From positions 17,918,001 through 17,982,000 of the forward strand of contig OZ024743.1 in NCBI GenBank assembly GCA_964016885.1: a stretch of 64,000 nucleotides of DNA, written 5' to 3'. Both the position numbers and the translations under genes were made by a program. This DNA comes from Eledone cirrhosa (taxonomy: Eukaryota). Under the pieces are notes generated by a model. The model worked only from the letters and a program-made list of their open reading frames with translations. It was not told the origin of the DNA and made no database searches. Below, in pieces: positions 1 through 16,571 of this stretch. Every line of letters starts with the position of its first letter. Position 1 is the first letter of the stretch.

Positions 1-1356
1 ATTAAGTCTCTGATACAAAGGTGATGATTCGACCGAAGAAATTGATATTATCAAATAATAGACGCTCTTATCAACAATCAGATGAAGTATCAATGGATTA
101 TCATCAATTTCTCAACTTGTTAATGTATCAACGCTATATATCAAATCATTTCTTTCGTAACATTGATGCCAAGCAGAGTTTGAATTAGGAAAATGTCGCA
201 ATTGTATAAGTGAAAGGGATACCTAATTGTGTATGGATGTATGTTAATGTCTAGAATGCAGCGAGAGTGTGTATTTGAAACATGTAAACAGATAAAAAAT
301 TTAAATTAAACAGAATTGAAATTAGTTTGAAAATTCAATGCGGGGTAATTAAATAGATTACTTTCTATTGAACGATTGATTTCAGCAAGCAATAATGTAA
401 GTAAATAATTGATAGGGTTACATGAGAAATGATAGAGGTTAAGTGGATTATTGATCGTTATGTCAATAACAACCAATAGTTTAATCGAACCTTAAGAAAT
501 CAACATAGTGACAAAGATTGTGTTCATATATTTACTTTATAGAAGGTTGAATATTTCACTGAGAATATTTTATACTGTTGAGAATGATGGAGTATATGAT
601 TTCTGAAATAGATGTTGTCCACGTTGACAAAGCCCAGTGGATATATCGATACATATAAAAAAAGAATCAAGTATAATTATAAATAGTTGAATTCAAATGA
701 ATATATTTACCCAGGTGTTGTCAACGAAAATCATTATATTGCATCATAAAGAAACCATAATGGTAAAATGCATAATTAAGTTGATATTAACAGAACCGAT
801 ATTCATATATTAGAGTGACAATTGTTTCCCTTAGGCTGACTTATCATAAGAAAACGCATGTAAATAGATCTCTAAATATCGGAGGCGAAATATATGTAAC
901 TATAGAAAGCTCGTTGTTATAAAAGAGTAGATCAGTTTTATGTTATATGTCATAGGAGCGTCCTGGCGGTCTGGTACTACGGTCAATTAGATGTGCATAG
1001 CTGTGGCATTTTGGTCTAGGATGAGTGGAAAACAAGGTCGATAGAACGACCGGCAATTGTACAAACATTAGATCTAATTCATAGTCAACAGCACGCAGAG
1101 GGTAATTACGAGTAAGGGACGGTCAATTAAGTAAGGTGGGGTTGGGAAAAGCTATCATTGAGAACTGATGGGTTTGTGGAGGCTGAACTTTGTAGGTGGG
1201 GTTTTGTAATAGATAGAAATGATTTGAAGTTTTGTTAAAGATTATTGATGGATAGTAGAGAAATGAATGGAGGGATCTGATGTGCGCGAGGAAAATATTG
1301 AATTGTGTGGCGGCATTCGGTGGTAGTGTAAATTTATTTCTAAATGTATTTAATAA

Positions 1357-1788
<432 letters not shown>

Positions 1789-2453
1789 GGTAAACACATT
1801 ATATCAAAATATGACACTAAATACAAACTTTCTTACTGCCACATAATAGTTTCTGCTCATCTGCAGTTCAAGCAGTATAAAGCCTGTAACTTATGAACTG
1901 GATAATGATACAATGACTGAAGTTACTCCAAACATAAAACCTCGTTATTCTACAAGACAGCATCCCCTTAGTCCACAGAACATGGTAAAGATAATGCCAA
2001 GCTATCTAACTCGGCCCATCTTGTCCGACCTTAATAACAAACAAAATGAGGATACGTGAAACGCTGAAACTACTCAAATGAAAAAAATATATATAATATA
2101 TATAACTGAAATATACCTATGTATTTAAGCATGTTAACATATGCACAAGCGGAAGCATATACGAAAGCAGAAATATACATGCACACTACATGCACACACA
2201 CTCTCACGAGCTCACAAGCACCCACCCACACATACATATATTGAATATATTTATTGAACATAATATAGGATGAGTGTGACTGGTTTGTTTGGAAATAACA
2301 AAAGAAACGATAACCTTAATAAATAAGCAGTACAATACATGTCCACACTATCTTACACTATCGGAATATTAAAACTAATATTCATCGTTTCATAATTTAA
2401 TGACAATAGTAAACAGACACACACAAACAGGTATGTATGTGTGTGTGGATGTG

Positions 2454-2487
<34 letters not shown>

Positions 2488-2545
2488 TACATACCAGTTT
2501 GTGTGTGTCTCTTTACTACACACACACACACACATATATATTTAT

Positions 2546-2993
2546 ATGTAATTGCCTAAATAAGGAAACATGCCCACTAGAAAACAAATGCCTCACAAAC
2601 GACATCGTATACAAATGCGATGTCATCTCGGGCACCGAGGATTGCAAAAAAACTTACATCGGCATGACATCCAACACCTTTAAGACCCGCTGGTATGCCC
2701 ATACCCACTCCTTCAGAAGACCGGATAAATCAAACCAAACAACACTCGCCTCCTACGTTTGGGACCTCAAAAGGAACTCCACCCCCTTCACGCTTAATTG
2801 GAAAATACTCCAGAAAGCGCGCTCTTACGACGGAGGACACAAGGGCTGCGACCTTTGTATTTCAGAGAGTTACGAAATTTTATTCGCCAAGGGCCCGCTA
2901 CTGAACAAACTCTCTGAACACTGCCCGAACTGCATGCACAAGAACTTTGCAACATTCAAACACTTTAAGCCAGTGTTAAAGCCCGATGGCTAA
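2546..2993 (+). mobile_element. PLE 3' fragment, GIY-YIG endonuclease (Naiad-like)
   Basis: Motifs CNCLNKETCPLENKC, IVY...YIGMT..TFKTRW..H..SF, LASYVWDLK, CDLC and C.H. 5'-truncated at a microsatellite. Confidence 0.88.
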
Positions 2994-3169
2994 AAACGAC
3001 CTCCCCCTATTGGCCCCTATACCTCCTCCCCACCCTACCCCCACCCCTCCTCAACCTGAAATACGGCCACTATGGTCATGTGAGTACCTCTTTTGTATCT
3101 ACTTTTTCTGCCTGTAGAGGTGTCTTTATGTGCCTGTGTATATGCGTATATTGACTGAGTACCTATTTA

Positions 3170-5700
<2,531 letters not shown>

Positions 5701-6248
5701 AAGTGTGTGAGTGAGTATGTGTGTTTTTTGGGGTTTTTTTTTAGGTGTGGTTTTTTTTTTGTTTTTCTGGTTTTTTGGTTTTTTGGGGGTTTTTTTGTGA
5801 ATGTGTCTGTTGATTTGGCATATTGTTGATTAGTTTAAGAGAAGTTCGAAGATAATAGTAAGATATGCACTCAGTATTTTGAATCTGTCTGCAGAATTCC
5901 CTAGACCTTTGTCACTTAGCAGAACTTAATGACTTTAGCTTTTAAAGAATCTCCCTTTTCTTTAATTCTATCGAGCATGAATGACCCCCCACTGATTTTA
6001 TAGACATCTGCTAGCTTAAGAGAAACTTATTGACAAGGAATGGTATGCCATCCGGAACTTGTTTATAGATTCCTGTCTGCCTTTGTTACTCTAAAAACAT
6101 AAATAAATATAAATTAACTATAGCTATGTAGAATTAGCCTTTAATGAATTCCCTTCTCTATCAACCAATGACCTGCACCCATCCCACTCCCCACCCTCTC
6201 CTACCACTTGTAGAGACCTATAAATACCATATTTATTTTTTGATACCC

Positions 6249-6299
6249 AGATTCCTGATGATTTCTAATGAATGAAACAGTTCTAGTCCTGTAGAATCT
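6249..6299 (+). ncRNA. Type I hammerhead ribozyme motif
   Basis: agattc-CTGATGA-t ttc taat gaa t-GAAA-cag ttctagtc ctg-TA-gaatct, with all three stems pairing. A degenerate copy of the same family lies at ~13362-13420. Confidence 0.8.
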
Positions 6300-6314
6300 C
6301 TTCTATATTAAAAC

Positions 6315-6378
<64 letters not shown>

Positions 6379-6402
6379 TTGGCGCTCTGAAGTAGCTATA
6401 TA

Positions 6403-6915
6403 TATATATGATTGTATATATAGTGTATTTTGCAATACACTGTATGCTTAATTAAAAGCATTTTGAAGACTTTATGCTATTGTTTTAGAGTAGTGACAGA
6501 CTCACTTACTTTAAATTTTCAGCAAACAGGGAGATAAAGCTAACAGAGATGTGTTTCATACTGATTGGTACTTATCAAAGCCAAGTACTCCACCTGTTTG
6601 CTGAAAATCATGAATGTTTGATTCTTATAGAATTTCTTGACCGGCAACCGCTCTGTATAATCAGTTCCTGATTATTACTAGAAATTCTATAAGAATCAAA
6701 CATTCATGATTTTCAGCAAACAGGTGGAGTACTTGTCTTTGATAAGTACCAATCAGTACGAAACATAGCTCTGTCAGCTTTATCACCCCTGTTTGCTGAA
6801 AATGTAAATAAGTGCGACTGTCACTACTCTAAAACAATAGCATAAGGTCTTCGAAATGCTTTTAATTAAGCATACAGTGTATTGCGAAATACACTATATA
6901 TACATTCATATATAT
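6403..6915. mobile_element. Fold-back (inverted repeat) non-autonomous PLE-type element
   Basis: Arms ~6403-6638 and ~6680-6915 are reverse complements with a ~40-nt spacer. TA flanks. Each arm carries an HHR motif. Confidence 0.85.
6709..6803 (+). ncRNA. Type I hammerhead with U3-A8 core (mirror copy 6515-6608, minus strand)
   Basis: TTGATAA-gtac caatca gtac-GAAA-ca...tg-TC-agc. Stem I is extended by a perfect attttcagcaaacagg/cctgtttgctgaaaat helix. Confidence 0.75.
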
Positions 6916-6917
6916 AT

Positions 6918-9245
6918 ATTGTTCTACTTTGGGAGGGTCATGTTGCCAATAAGAAATACACGCACCGGTTGCTTTCACTTCAATTTATTATAATAAATTT
7001 ATAAATTTAGGAATTTATGAATTTCCGGTTGGTTGGTTTGTTCCACAACCACATGGTTATTTATATATTGTCAAAGTTCTTTCGTCACACAGTATTTGTC
7101 CTCTTCAGTGACTGGGGATTCTTTTCTTTGATTTTCGTGCCTCTCCTTTGTTCTGTCCTACGCCATCTTGTTTGTGTGTGTGTGTTGTGTGCTTAGTTTG
7201 CGCATGTGTTACATCCGGGTGTATGTGAGTGTTTATATTCGTTTATTTATTTGTTTATTTACATGTTACTTGTTGGTTGTTTGTTCTATGTGCGTGTGTG
7301 TTTTCATTTTGTCCTTAATTGTAAGTTGTGATGTTGCTGTTCCAATCATGTTTTCTATTTAATGTTGGTTGGAGTTCATTTATGTTTATTGCCTCTGTGA
7401 TTTGTCTAAACATTGCGTCTTTTCTGTGTGTAGATTCTATTTTTATTTCTATGTTCTCTGATTTACCCTTATGTTCTATTTTAGCGTGTTGTTAGAGTAC
7501 ACATGATTCTTTACTATCTTGAAGGTCTCGCCAGTGTTGATTTATCCGTTCCCCTATACTACGAGCTGTCTCACCTATGTACACTATATTTTTATCTCTA
7601 CATTGTCCTTCAGTACATATTATGCTATATACTACATTTCTAGTTTTATAGTTAATATGGGGCTTATTCTACAGATTATACATTTCTTATCTATACACGG
7701 AGGTCTTTGAAAAGGGTATGGCTTTGCTAATAAGTGTTTTTATGGAGGTACGTGGTCTTTCTACTATCTTAATATTGAGTTTATGTTTATCTAGGGCCCT
7801 TCTAAATGTGTAAGCTAATTCACCTCTAGGGGTTGTATCGATGAACATTACACTCTGGTATTTATTGCTATCATACCATGAGTTTATTCTATTAGCCTTA
7901 TACCTAGTTCTTTCTATTCTATTCCAAAATTTGCTCCTATACGAAGGGCAGGTCCCATTTGTGTCATTATTTACCATTTTTTCCCATTTGGTTCTGGCTC
8001 CTCTATACACTCTGATTTTATCTCTCTGATTGTAACCAGAGAACTTCATCCACCGTGTGCAGTTCTCTTGTTACAATCAGAGAGATAAAATCAGAGTGTA
8101 TAGAGGACCCAGAACCAAATGGGAAAAAATGGTAAATAATGACACAAATGAGATCTGCCCCTTGTATAGGAGCACATTTTGGAATAGAATAGAAAGAACT
8201 AGGAATAAGGCTAATAGAATAAACTCATGGTATGATAGGAATAACTACCAGAGTGTAATGTTCATCGATACAACCCCTAGAGGTGAATTAGCTTACACAT
8301 TTAGAAGGACCTTAGATAAACATAAACTCAATATTAAGATAGTAGAAAGACCAGGTACATCCAAAAAAACACTTATTAGCAAGACATACCCTTTTCAAAG
8401 ACCTCCCTGTATAGATGAGAAATGTATAATCTGTAAATTCAGCCCCCATATTAACTGTAAAACTAGAAATGTAGTATATAGCATAAGATGTACTGAAGGA
8501 CAATGTAGAGATAAAAATATAGTGTACATAGGTGAGACAGATCGTAGTATAGGGGAACGGATAAATCAAAACTGGCGAGACCTTCAAGATAGTAAAGAAT
8601 CATCTGTACACTACCAACACGCTAAAATAGAACATAAGGCTAAATTAGAAAACATAGAAATAAAAATAGAATCTACACACAGAAACGACGCAATGTTTAG
8701 ACAAATCACAGAGGCAACAAACATAAATGAACTCCAACCAAAATTAAATAGAAGGCATGAGTGGAACAGCAACATCACAACTTACAATTAAGGACAAAAT
8801 GAAAACACACACGCACATAGAACAAACAACCAACCAGTAACATGTAAATAAACAAATAAATATACGAATATAAACACACACAGACACCCGGATGTAACAC
8901 ATACTCAAACTAAGCACGCAACACACACACAAAAACAAGATGGCGTAGGACAGAACAAAGGAGAGGCACCAAAAACAAAGAAAATAATCTCCAGTCACTG
9001 AAGAGGACACAATACTGTGTGACGAAAGAACTTTGGCAATATATAAACAACCATGTGGTTGTGGAACCAACCAACCAACCGGAAATTTATAAATTCCAAA
9101 ATTTATAAATTTATTATAATAAATTCAAGTGAAACGTCTGGTGCGTGTGTTTCTTATTTGCAACATGACCCTCCCAAAGTATAACAATATCGATTTCAAC
9201 ACAGCTTTTCAGATAAAGAATCTTGCTAAACAAATTCAGAAACGA
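6918..9245. mobile_element. PLE 3' region as a ~1.13-kb-arm hairpin (arms ~6918-8045 and ~8061-9189)
   Basis: ORFs 8057-8791 (+) and 7687-8049 (-) are near-identical. The 3' UTRs are mirrored, with HHR motifs at 8993-9037 (+) and 7070-7113 (-). Confidence 0.92.
8057..8791 (+). pseudogene. PLE RT C-terminus, Cys linker and GIY-YIG endonuclease (5'-truncated)
   Basis: PCIDEKCIIC...CKTRNVVYSIRC...YIGETDRSIGERI...EA..I...QPKLN. Confidence 0.85.
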
Positions 9246-9246
9246 C

Positions 9247-9279
<33 letters not shown>

Positions 9280-9308
9280 TGCATACCAGTTTATGTGTGT
9301 CACTTTAC

Positions 9309-9367
<59 letters not shown>

Positions 9368-9407
9368 CACACATACATACCAGTTTGTGTGTGACTGTTT
9401 ACTATAA

Positions 9408-9438
<31 letters not shown>

Positions 9439-9464
9439 TACATACCAATTTATGTGTGTCTGTT

Positions 9465-9549
<85 letters not shown>

Positions 9550-9560
9550 TATATATATAT

Positions 9561-10585
9561 CTAGGGTGGGTAAAATTCCCGAGATTCATGGACGAGTTCT
9601 CTCCAGCGGTCTCTGTCCCTCATTATCGCTGCCACTTCCTGCATCTCCAACAAACCAGTGTCTGTCCTTAGGGCATCAACATATTTCAGTCTTCCTCTTC
9701 CAGTGTGTTCATGTAGGGGCTCCCATAGGAGTACTGAGTGGAGTGTCAACTCTGGATGTCGGTGAGCATGTCCAGCTAATCTCAGTCTCGCCTGTCACAC
9801 TTTTGAGCTGACTTTTGGGAACCTCCCGTACATTTCTGAATTGTTCATCCTCAGTGTATACTGATTAATGTCCAGAGCCATGCTCAGCATTCTCGTGTAG
9901 CACACATCCACCATCTGAGTGAGTTTCTTGGTCAGTGTCCATGTCTCAGAGGCGTACAGCAGCACATATTCCCCAACAGCAACGAAGATGCGGATTTTCA
10001 GGTCTTTACGTAGGTCCGACTTACAGACCGATATCACGCTGTGGCACGCCGCCCAGGCTTTGCGCTTCCTCTCGACCACTTCACCTTCCGTACTGCCAAT
10101 TTTTTTTTTCCCAAATACAGGAAGTCGTCAACCAATTCTAGCGGCTTTCCCACTACATTAGTAATCTTCTCTGACTTCGTAATATTTTCTGCCAGACATT
10201 TCGTCTTAAACTCATTCATTTTCAGCCCCACACTCCGCGACACAGTCTCCACCACCTGCATGAAACACTCTGCCTCCATCACTGTGTTTGTCCCCAAATC
10301 TATGTCGTCGACAAATTCAGCATCCGATATCTGTATACATTAACTCCTGCTCTGAGCCGGTGTTACTGTAAAGCCAGAGTCCTGGTGTTTCTCCAGCGCA
10401 AGGCCCATACAATAGTCCACTGCGATGGTAAAGAGGTAGGGAGCCAATGTATCTCCCTGGAGCACTCCAGCCAGTATCTCTGTCATCTCATCAGGTGTAA
10501 TAACCTGGGCTTTGGTGTTGGGGTAGAGCAGTGATATCAGGTCCACTATTTTCTCGGGGATTCTATAAACCTGTAAGATATATGT
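9561..10585 (-). mobile_element. Decayed RTE-like LINE reverse transcriptase, 3' fragment
   Basis: Frameshifted pieces GVLQGDTLAPYLF, EFVDDI, GLKMN..KT, FLYLG, LLYASETWTL, CYTRML and DR..WR. Confidence 0.88.
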
Positions 10586-11732
10586 GATTTCTTCTAATGT
10601 TTGTGGTGGATATTTGAGCGACATGCCACGAGAGAAGTTAGTGATAGGGCTAATGTCTGAGGGTGAAGGGAAACCGGAGTTCATTGTTATCTTTGTTCTT
10701 GTTTGTTCCCTTCTTGTTTACCTTCTTTTTTGGCAGTAGAAAAAATTGATAGACACATTATTAAATATTGGCGTTAAACTGAACGTCTTCCTCGGGGGCA
10801 TTCATTCACAAAGTATTCCTCAACTATTTACCTCAGATGGAAATGCTTTTCAAAATGCTGCGAAATCGAATAAAACCTCAAATGCATGTGTATACTATGT
10901 GAGTTTATTTAAATATAGAAGAGAATGTTTGCGTCGTTAACAAACATACTGTGTGAGTTCGCTTTCGACAATTTGAGGAAAATAACTGTTAAGTGGAAAT
11001 ACGCTAATATTATAAACTTACGTGGATAATTATATCCAATCATCTCTTTAAAATCTTCATTAATTAGTGGCAGATTTCGCAAGTAGAGCACACATAATCA
11101 ATGCATTTGTACCATTATTCCCTCTTCCTCTCTCACGCGATATCAGTCTCCACCCCTCACTCTCGTTTAATCCTTTGTTTATATACGTATACACACGTTA
11201 TTCAAATTTGCTGTTTCTCAAACTTTCACTCTCCCTCATGAAATATTCATGTCCAGTATGTTGAAGCGGTCATTTTCTTTGTCTCACGAGAATTAAAATA
11301 ATATTTCGTGTAATTCTTCTCCACGCCCATCTTCGTTTGATGTATTGGATTATATATATATAAGGCTTACGCAAATCTCTTTCTAATTTAAACATTCACT
11401 TATGATTCCTTATTTTTTCAAACTGCTTTTGAGTTCCCCATTTTTTTTTGTCAACAATGTGAGAAAAGCGTAAATATCAAACTGTATTGAATCTATATTC
11501 TGTCAATTAATTTGCACTTTGCCATGGAAGAACAAAGAATAAATGTAAAACGTGTAATCCACACAGAGGATAGGAATGTTGTAAATAATCCCTCCCCTAG
11601 AGAAAGCGTTTGTCATGCATCATATATTGTAGTATGGAAATGTCAGGTTTGTCTTATTTCTGAATAAGGGATACAGTTGTATGTATAATGCCTCACGTAT
11701 GCAATTTTACAGATTATTATTAATCGTATCTA

Positions 11733-11950
11733 GGGCGGGGGATTGGCAGTATCGGTAGAGGGTCTGACGCCATTTTTTGCAGCTAAAGTTAAGGCCCTCT
11801 ATGGTCTGAGTTCAAATCTCGTCGAGGTTAACTTTGCCTTTCATCCTTACGGGGTCGATAAAATAAAGTACCAGTCACGGACTTGGGTCCATTTAATCGA
11901 CTTTCCCCTCCCCCAAACCTGCTGGCATTGTGCTTATATAAGAAACCATT
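11733..11950 (+). mobile_element. tRNA-derived SINE
   Basis: A box TGGCAGTATCGG, B box GAGTTCAAATC and core TTGCCTTTCATCCTTACGGGGTCGATAAAATAAAGTACCAG. Approximate TSD tattaa(t/c)cgtatc. Four more copies in the window. Confidence 0.88.
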
Positions 11951-13520
11951 ATTAACCGTATCATATAGGCGTTTTTATACGCATTTATTATATATCACGC
12001 ACATACAATTAGTAATATCATTTTTTTTAAAAACGGTAATATCAATGCTTCAAGTAAACTACAAATCCCTTCTTTAATTGGTAATATCAATTTGAATGTA
12101 ATTTTATAAAATAGGCTGATTGGTCAAATATTCAACAAGCACACACATTTGTTTTTAGTTAGAACACTAATATCTAAATAATAACAATAGGTTGACTTGC
12201 GTTTTAGATTAATATATGTATTCTGTTTCACACTGACATTGATCGTTTTGTTTATACAACAATCCACAAACTTACATGTTGTTAAATTCATTACCATGAA
12301 TCAATCTGATAATAGTGTGAGACTCAGATTTAATATAACAAGAGAATATCGTATATAACACTCGGATAAGTATTTTCCATTGACTCAAATTATTAAATAG
12401 GTAAACGTGGAAGTTATATGCCTGTGAGAATTTGAAATAACCACATGTGGACTATGCAACAGCAATATTAAAGAGTGTTGAAACATGTAGATCCATTTGC
12501 TGGACAGCTGCATTATAAAGAGTACTGCATATTGGATATCAAATGCAGTAATGGATACGAACGATCTCTAGATGGTACGATTATGAAATGCTGTTTGTAT
12601 CTGGACACAAGCAGTATACATCAGATAGATTTGTAGACGTGAGTTACGCATAATTTATTATTAAGGAAATGAACATCGAATTGGATATGTGCACTTAATT
12701 TTTGAATGTTTAAAGATATATACCTAAACTAATATATCAACTAGATATACTTATGATTTCCACGTATGACGCCGCAGGTTACACAAATACATAATTGTTA
12801 CCGACAAACCTGCGCATGTGGACAGAGACGTGTTTGAATGCTCACACGCAAGAAATGTCCGGAAGCTACGAGGATTAATTTACAAGCATATTGAGGCGTT
12901 TGTTAAATCAATAAAAGTAGTATCATTACTAAACGTTAATTGCATCTTTTCCTCTACTCATCAATGTCTATTTGTACTAAACATCGATTAGTCTGTCTAT
13001 TTAGTGGTGTTTTGGCATGAAGCACCCTGTCTTTCTATCAAACAGCTACTTAGGCGTTTATCTATTGATCCGTCATTTTACATAGTCAACGCGTTGCTTT
13101 CCTGATGTATTGATCAGTAAATCTGCCAGAGCATCACAATCCTCAGTGATTAATTGATTCGTACTTCAACGAATCTATTCCTACAACATACAGCTTTTAT
13201 TGACCTTTTTTGGTGTGTGTTTCGCTTATGCTATTTCTCTTTAAATTAAAACGAAAATTTCTCGTTAAAAGTCATTTCCCTTAAAGTTTGATGTCACTGC
13301 CTATCTTACATTTTGTGTTTCACCTCCTCATTCATGTATATATATACATATACATATATATCTGCTGATTTCTCACGAATGAAACAGTTCTAATTCCTTA
13401 GAAGCTCTTCTATATTAAAATGTTTATACTGTGGTATATATTGAGTATCTAACTTACTGCGGTTACCTCCGATTCAACACGGAATGACTTATCTTGTATA
13501 TATATATATATATATATATA

Positions 13521-14356
13521 CGGTACCATCCTCCGCCTCCTCTGACGCCTCCAGTCCGACCCCTCCACCTCCCACACTTCCCAGGCCCACCACTCCCCTC
13601 CTTCAAACGCGCACGCAATCTCCGCACCCTCCTCGTCCACAGCTCCCTACCCCCTAACCCACGATCTCACACACCAGTACACTACATTCACTCCACCGGC
13701 CCCCACACCTTTCTCTCCCCGATCCACCTACACCCTTTCTCACACACACACACATCCCACTAACACCTCTACTATTACACACACACACCCTCCTCACTCC
13801 ACCTTTCACACGTACCCATCCTCTCCCCTGTCCACCGCACGTCCGCACACACTGACACACCGACTTTCTTCACTTACCATTCTACCCGACTGCTGCTATG
13901 CCCTTATCTCTGACCACCTCCCCGCACACACAGACACACAACCCTCCTCCTGCCTTGACCCTCTGACCACTTCCTATTGCGCGCGCACCCCACATCTCCC
14001 CTCTTCCTACCAACCCAACCACGGATTACACATATTGAACATCGATCCCTAGAATCCACCACATCCCAAGGATATTACCCAGCATCCCACCACATCCTCT
14101 ACGGATCTACCTTAAGGACTCACCCACTGACATAAACTCAAAAAATGTTTTTTTCCACACGCCACCTACATCCACACACGCATAAACACCACACACGTGC
14201 ATATCACCACAGATTTACACACTCAGCCTCCTGAATCCTCTCCCCCAACCCTCTGACCCCTTCCCATCCACACACGCACACACACCGACCTACACCCCAC
14301 CCCAGACACACCTCTTCCTCAACATGCAACCCAGTTCTTCCCCCAAATCTTACTTT

Positions 14357-14395
<39 letters not shown>

Positions 14396-14765
14396 ACACC
14401 TAGACACACACACCACATTCAGTCCTCCCCGCACGAACACGCCAGCTCCCTCTCCCCACTCCATCCGCCACCACCCCTACACACCTCACATCATTCCACC
14501 ACCTGTCTTACTTCATGTTTATTCTTATTTTTATTATGCTTTTATATTTAATTTTATTTTAACCGTTTCCTCTCACCCCTTGTTTCTATCTGTCTCTCCA
14601 CCACACCCCTACACACCCTTGGACCTCTCTTCACACACCTTTCAGCTGAAGAAGGGCTTATACCTGAAACGTCGTTCCCCACCACCTCCCCACGCTCAAT
14701 AACGTGAAACTAATAAACCTTTGTTCGTACTGCCTCTCTGTTTTGTTCCCGTTCAATGTTTTACT
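13521..14765 (+). mobile_element. Decayed PLE 3' end with C/A-rich UTR and a degenerate HHR (14644-14675)
   Basis: FPGPPLPSFKRARNLRTLLVHSSLP is a PLE RT C-terminal motif. CTGAAGA-agg..cct-GAAA-cg-TC follows. TA-flanked. Confidence 0.65.
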
Positions 14766-14780
14766 ATATATATATATATA

Positions 14781-15021
14781 TATTGTTATACTTTGGTAGG
14801 GTCATGTTGCCAATAAGAAACACCCGCACCACATGCTTTCACTTCAATTTATTATAATAAATTTGTAAATTCCTAAATTTATAAATTTATTATAATAAAC
14901 GTAAGTGAAAGCCTGGTGCGTGTGTTTCTTATTGGCAACATAACCCTCCCAAGGTATAACAATATCGGTTTCAACACACGTTTTCAGATAAAGAATCTTC
15001 CTAAACAAATTCAGAAACGAA

Positions 15022-15022
<1 letters not shown>
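14781..15022. mobile_element. Short fold-back copy of the 3' terminus of the 6918-9245 PLE family
   Basis: Both arms match ~9105-9245. TA-flanked. Confidence 0.85.
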
Positions 15023-15069
<47 letters not shown>

Positions 15070-15085
15070 AGAGAGAGAGAGAGAG

Positions 15086-16553
<1,468 letters not shown>

Positions 16554-16571
16554 ACTGCGAAATATATATAT

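Noticed and set aside
1-1330. Possible very old PLE RT remnant (e.g. VVHVDKA-like on +, FDI..LY-like on -)
   Set aside because: The hints are short, on opposite strands and full of stops. Not supportable by eye.
1860-2045. Possible decayed GIY-YIG fragment
   Set aside because: Only vague resemblance to the 2546-2993 ORF, with no intact motif.
6403-9189. Inverted repeats as assembly or amplification chimeras
   Set aside because: The arms differ by many substitutions and indels, and the architecture matches known PLE insertions. Long-read confirmation is still desirable.
11733-11830. Functional tRNA gene
   Set aside because: It has A and B boxes but no cloverleaf, and continues into a SINE body with TSDs in multiple copies.
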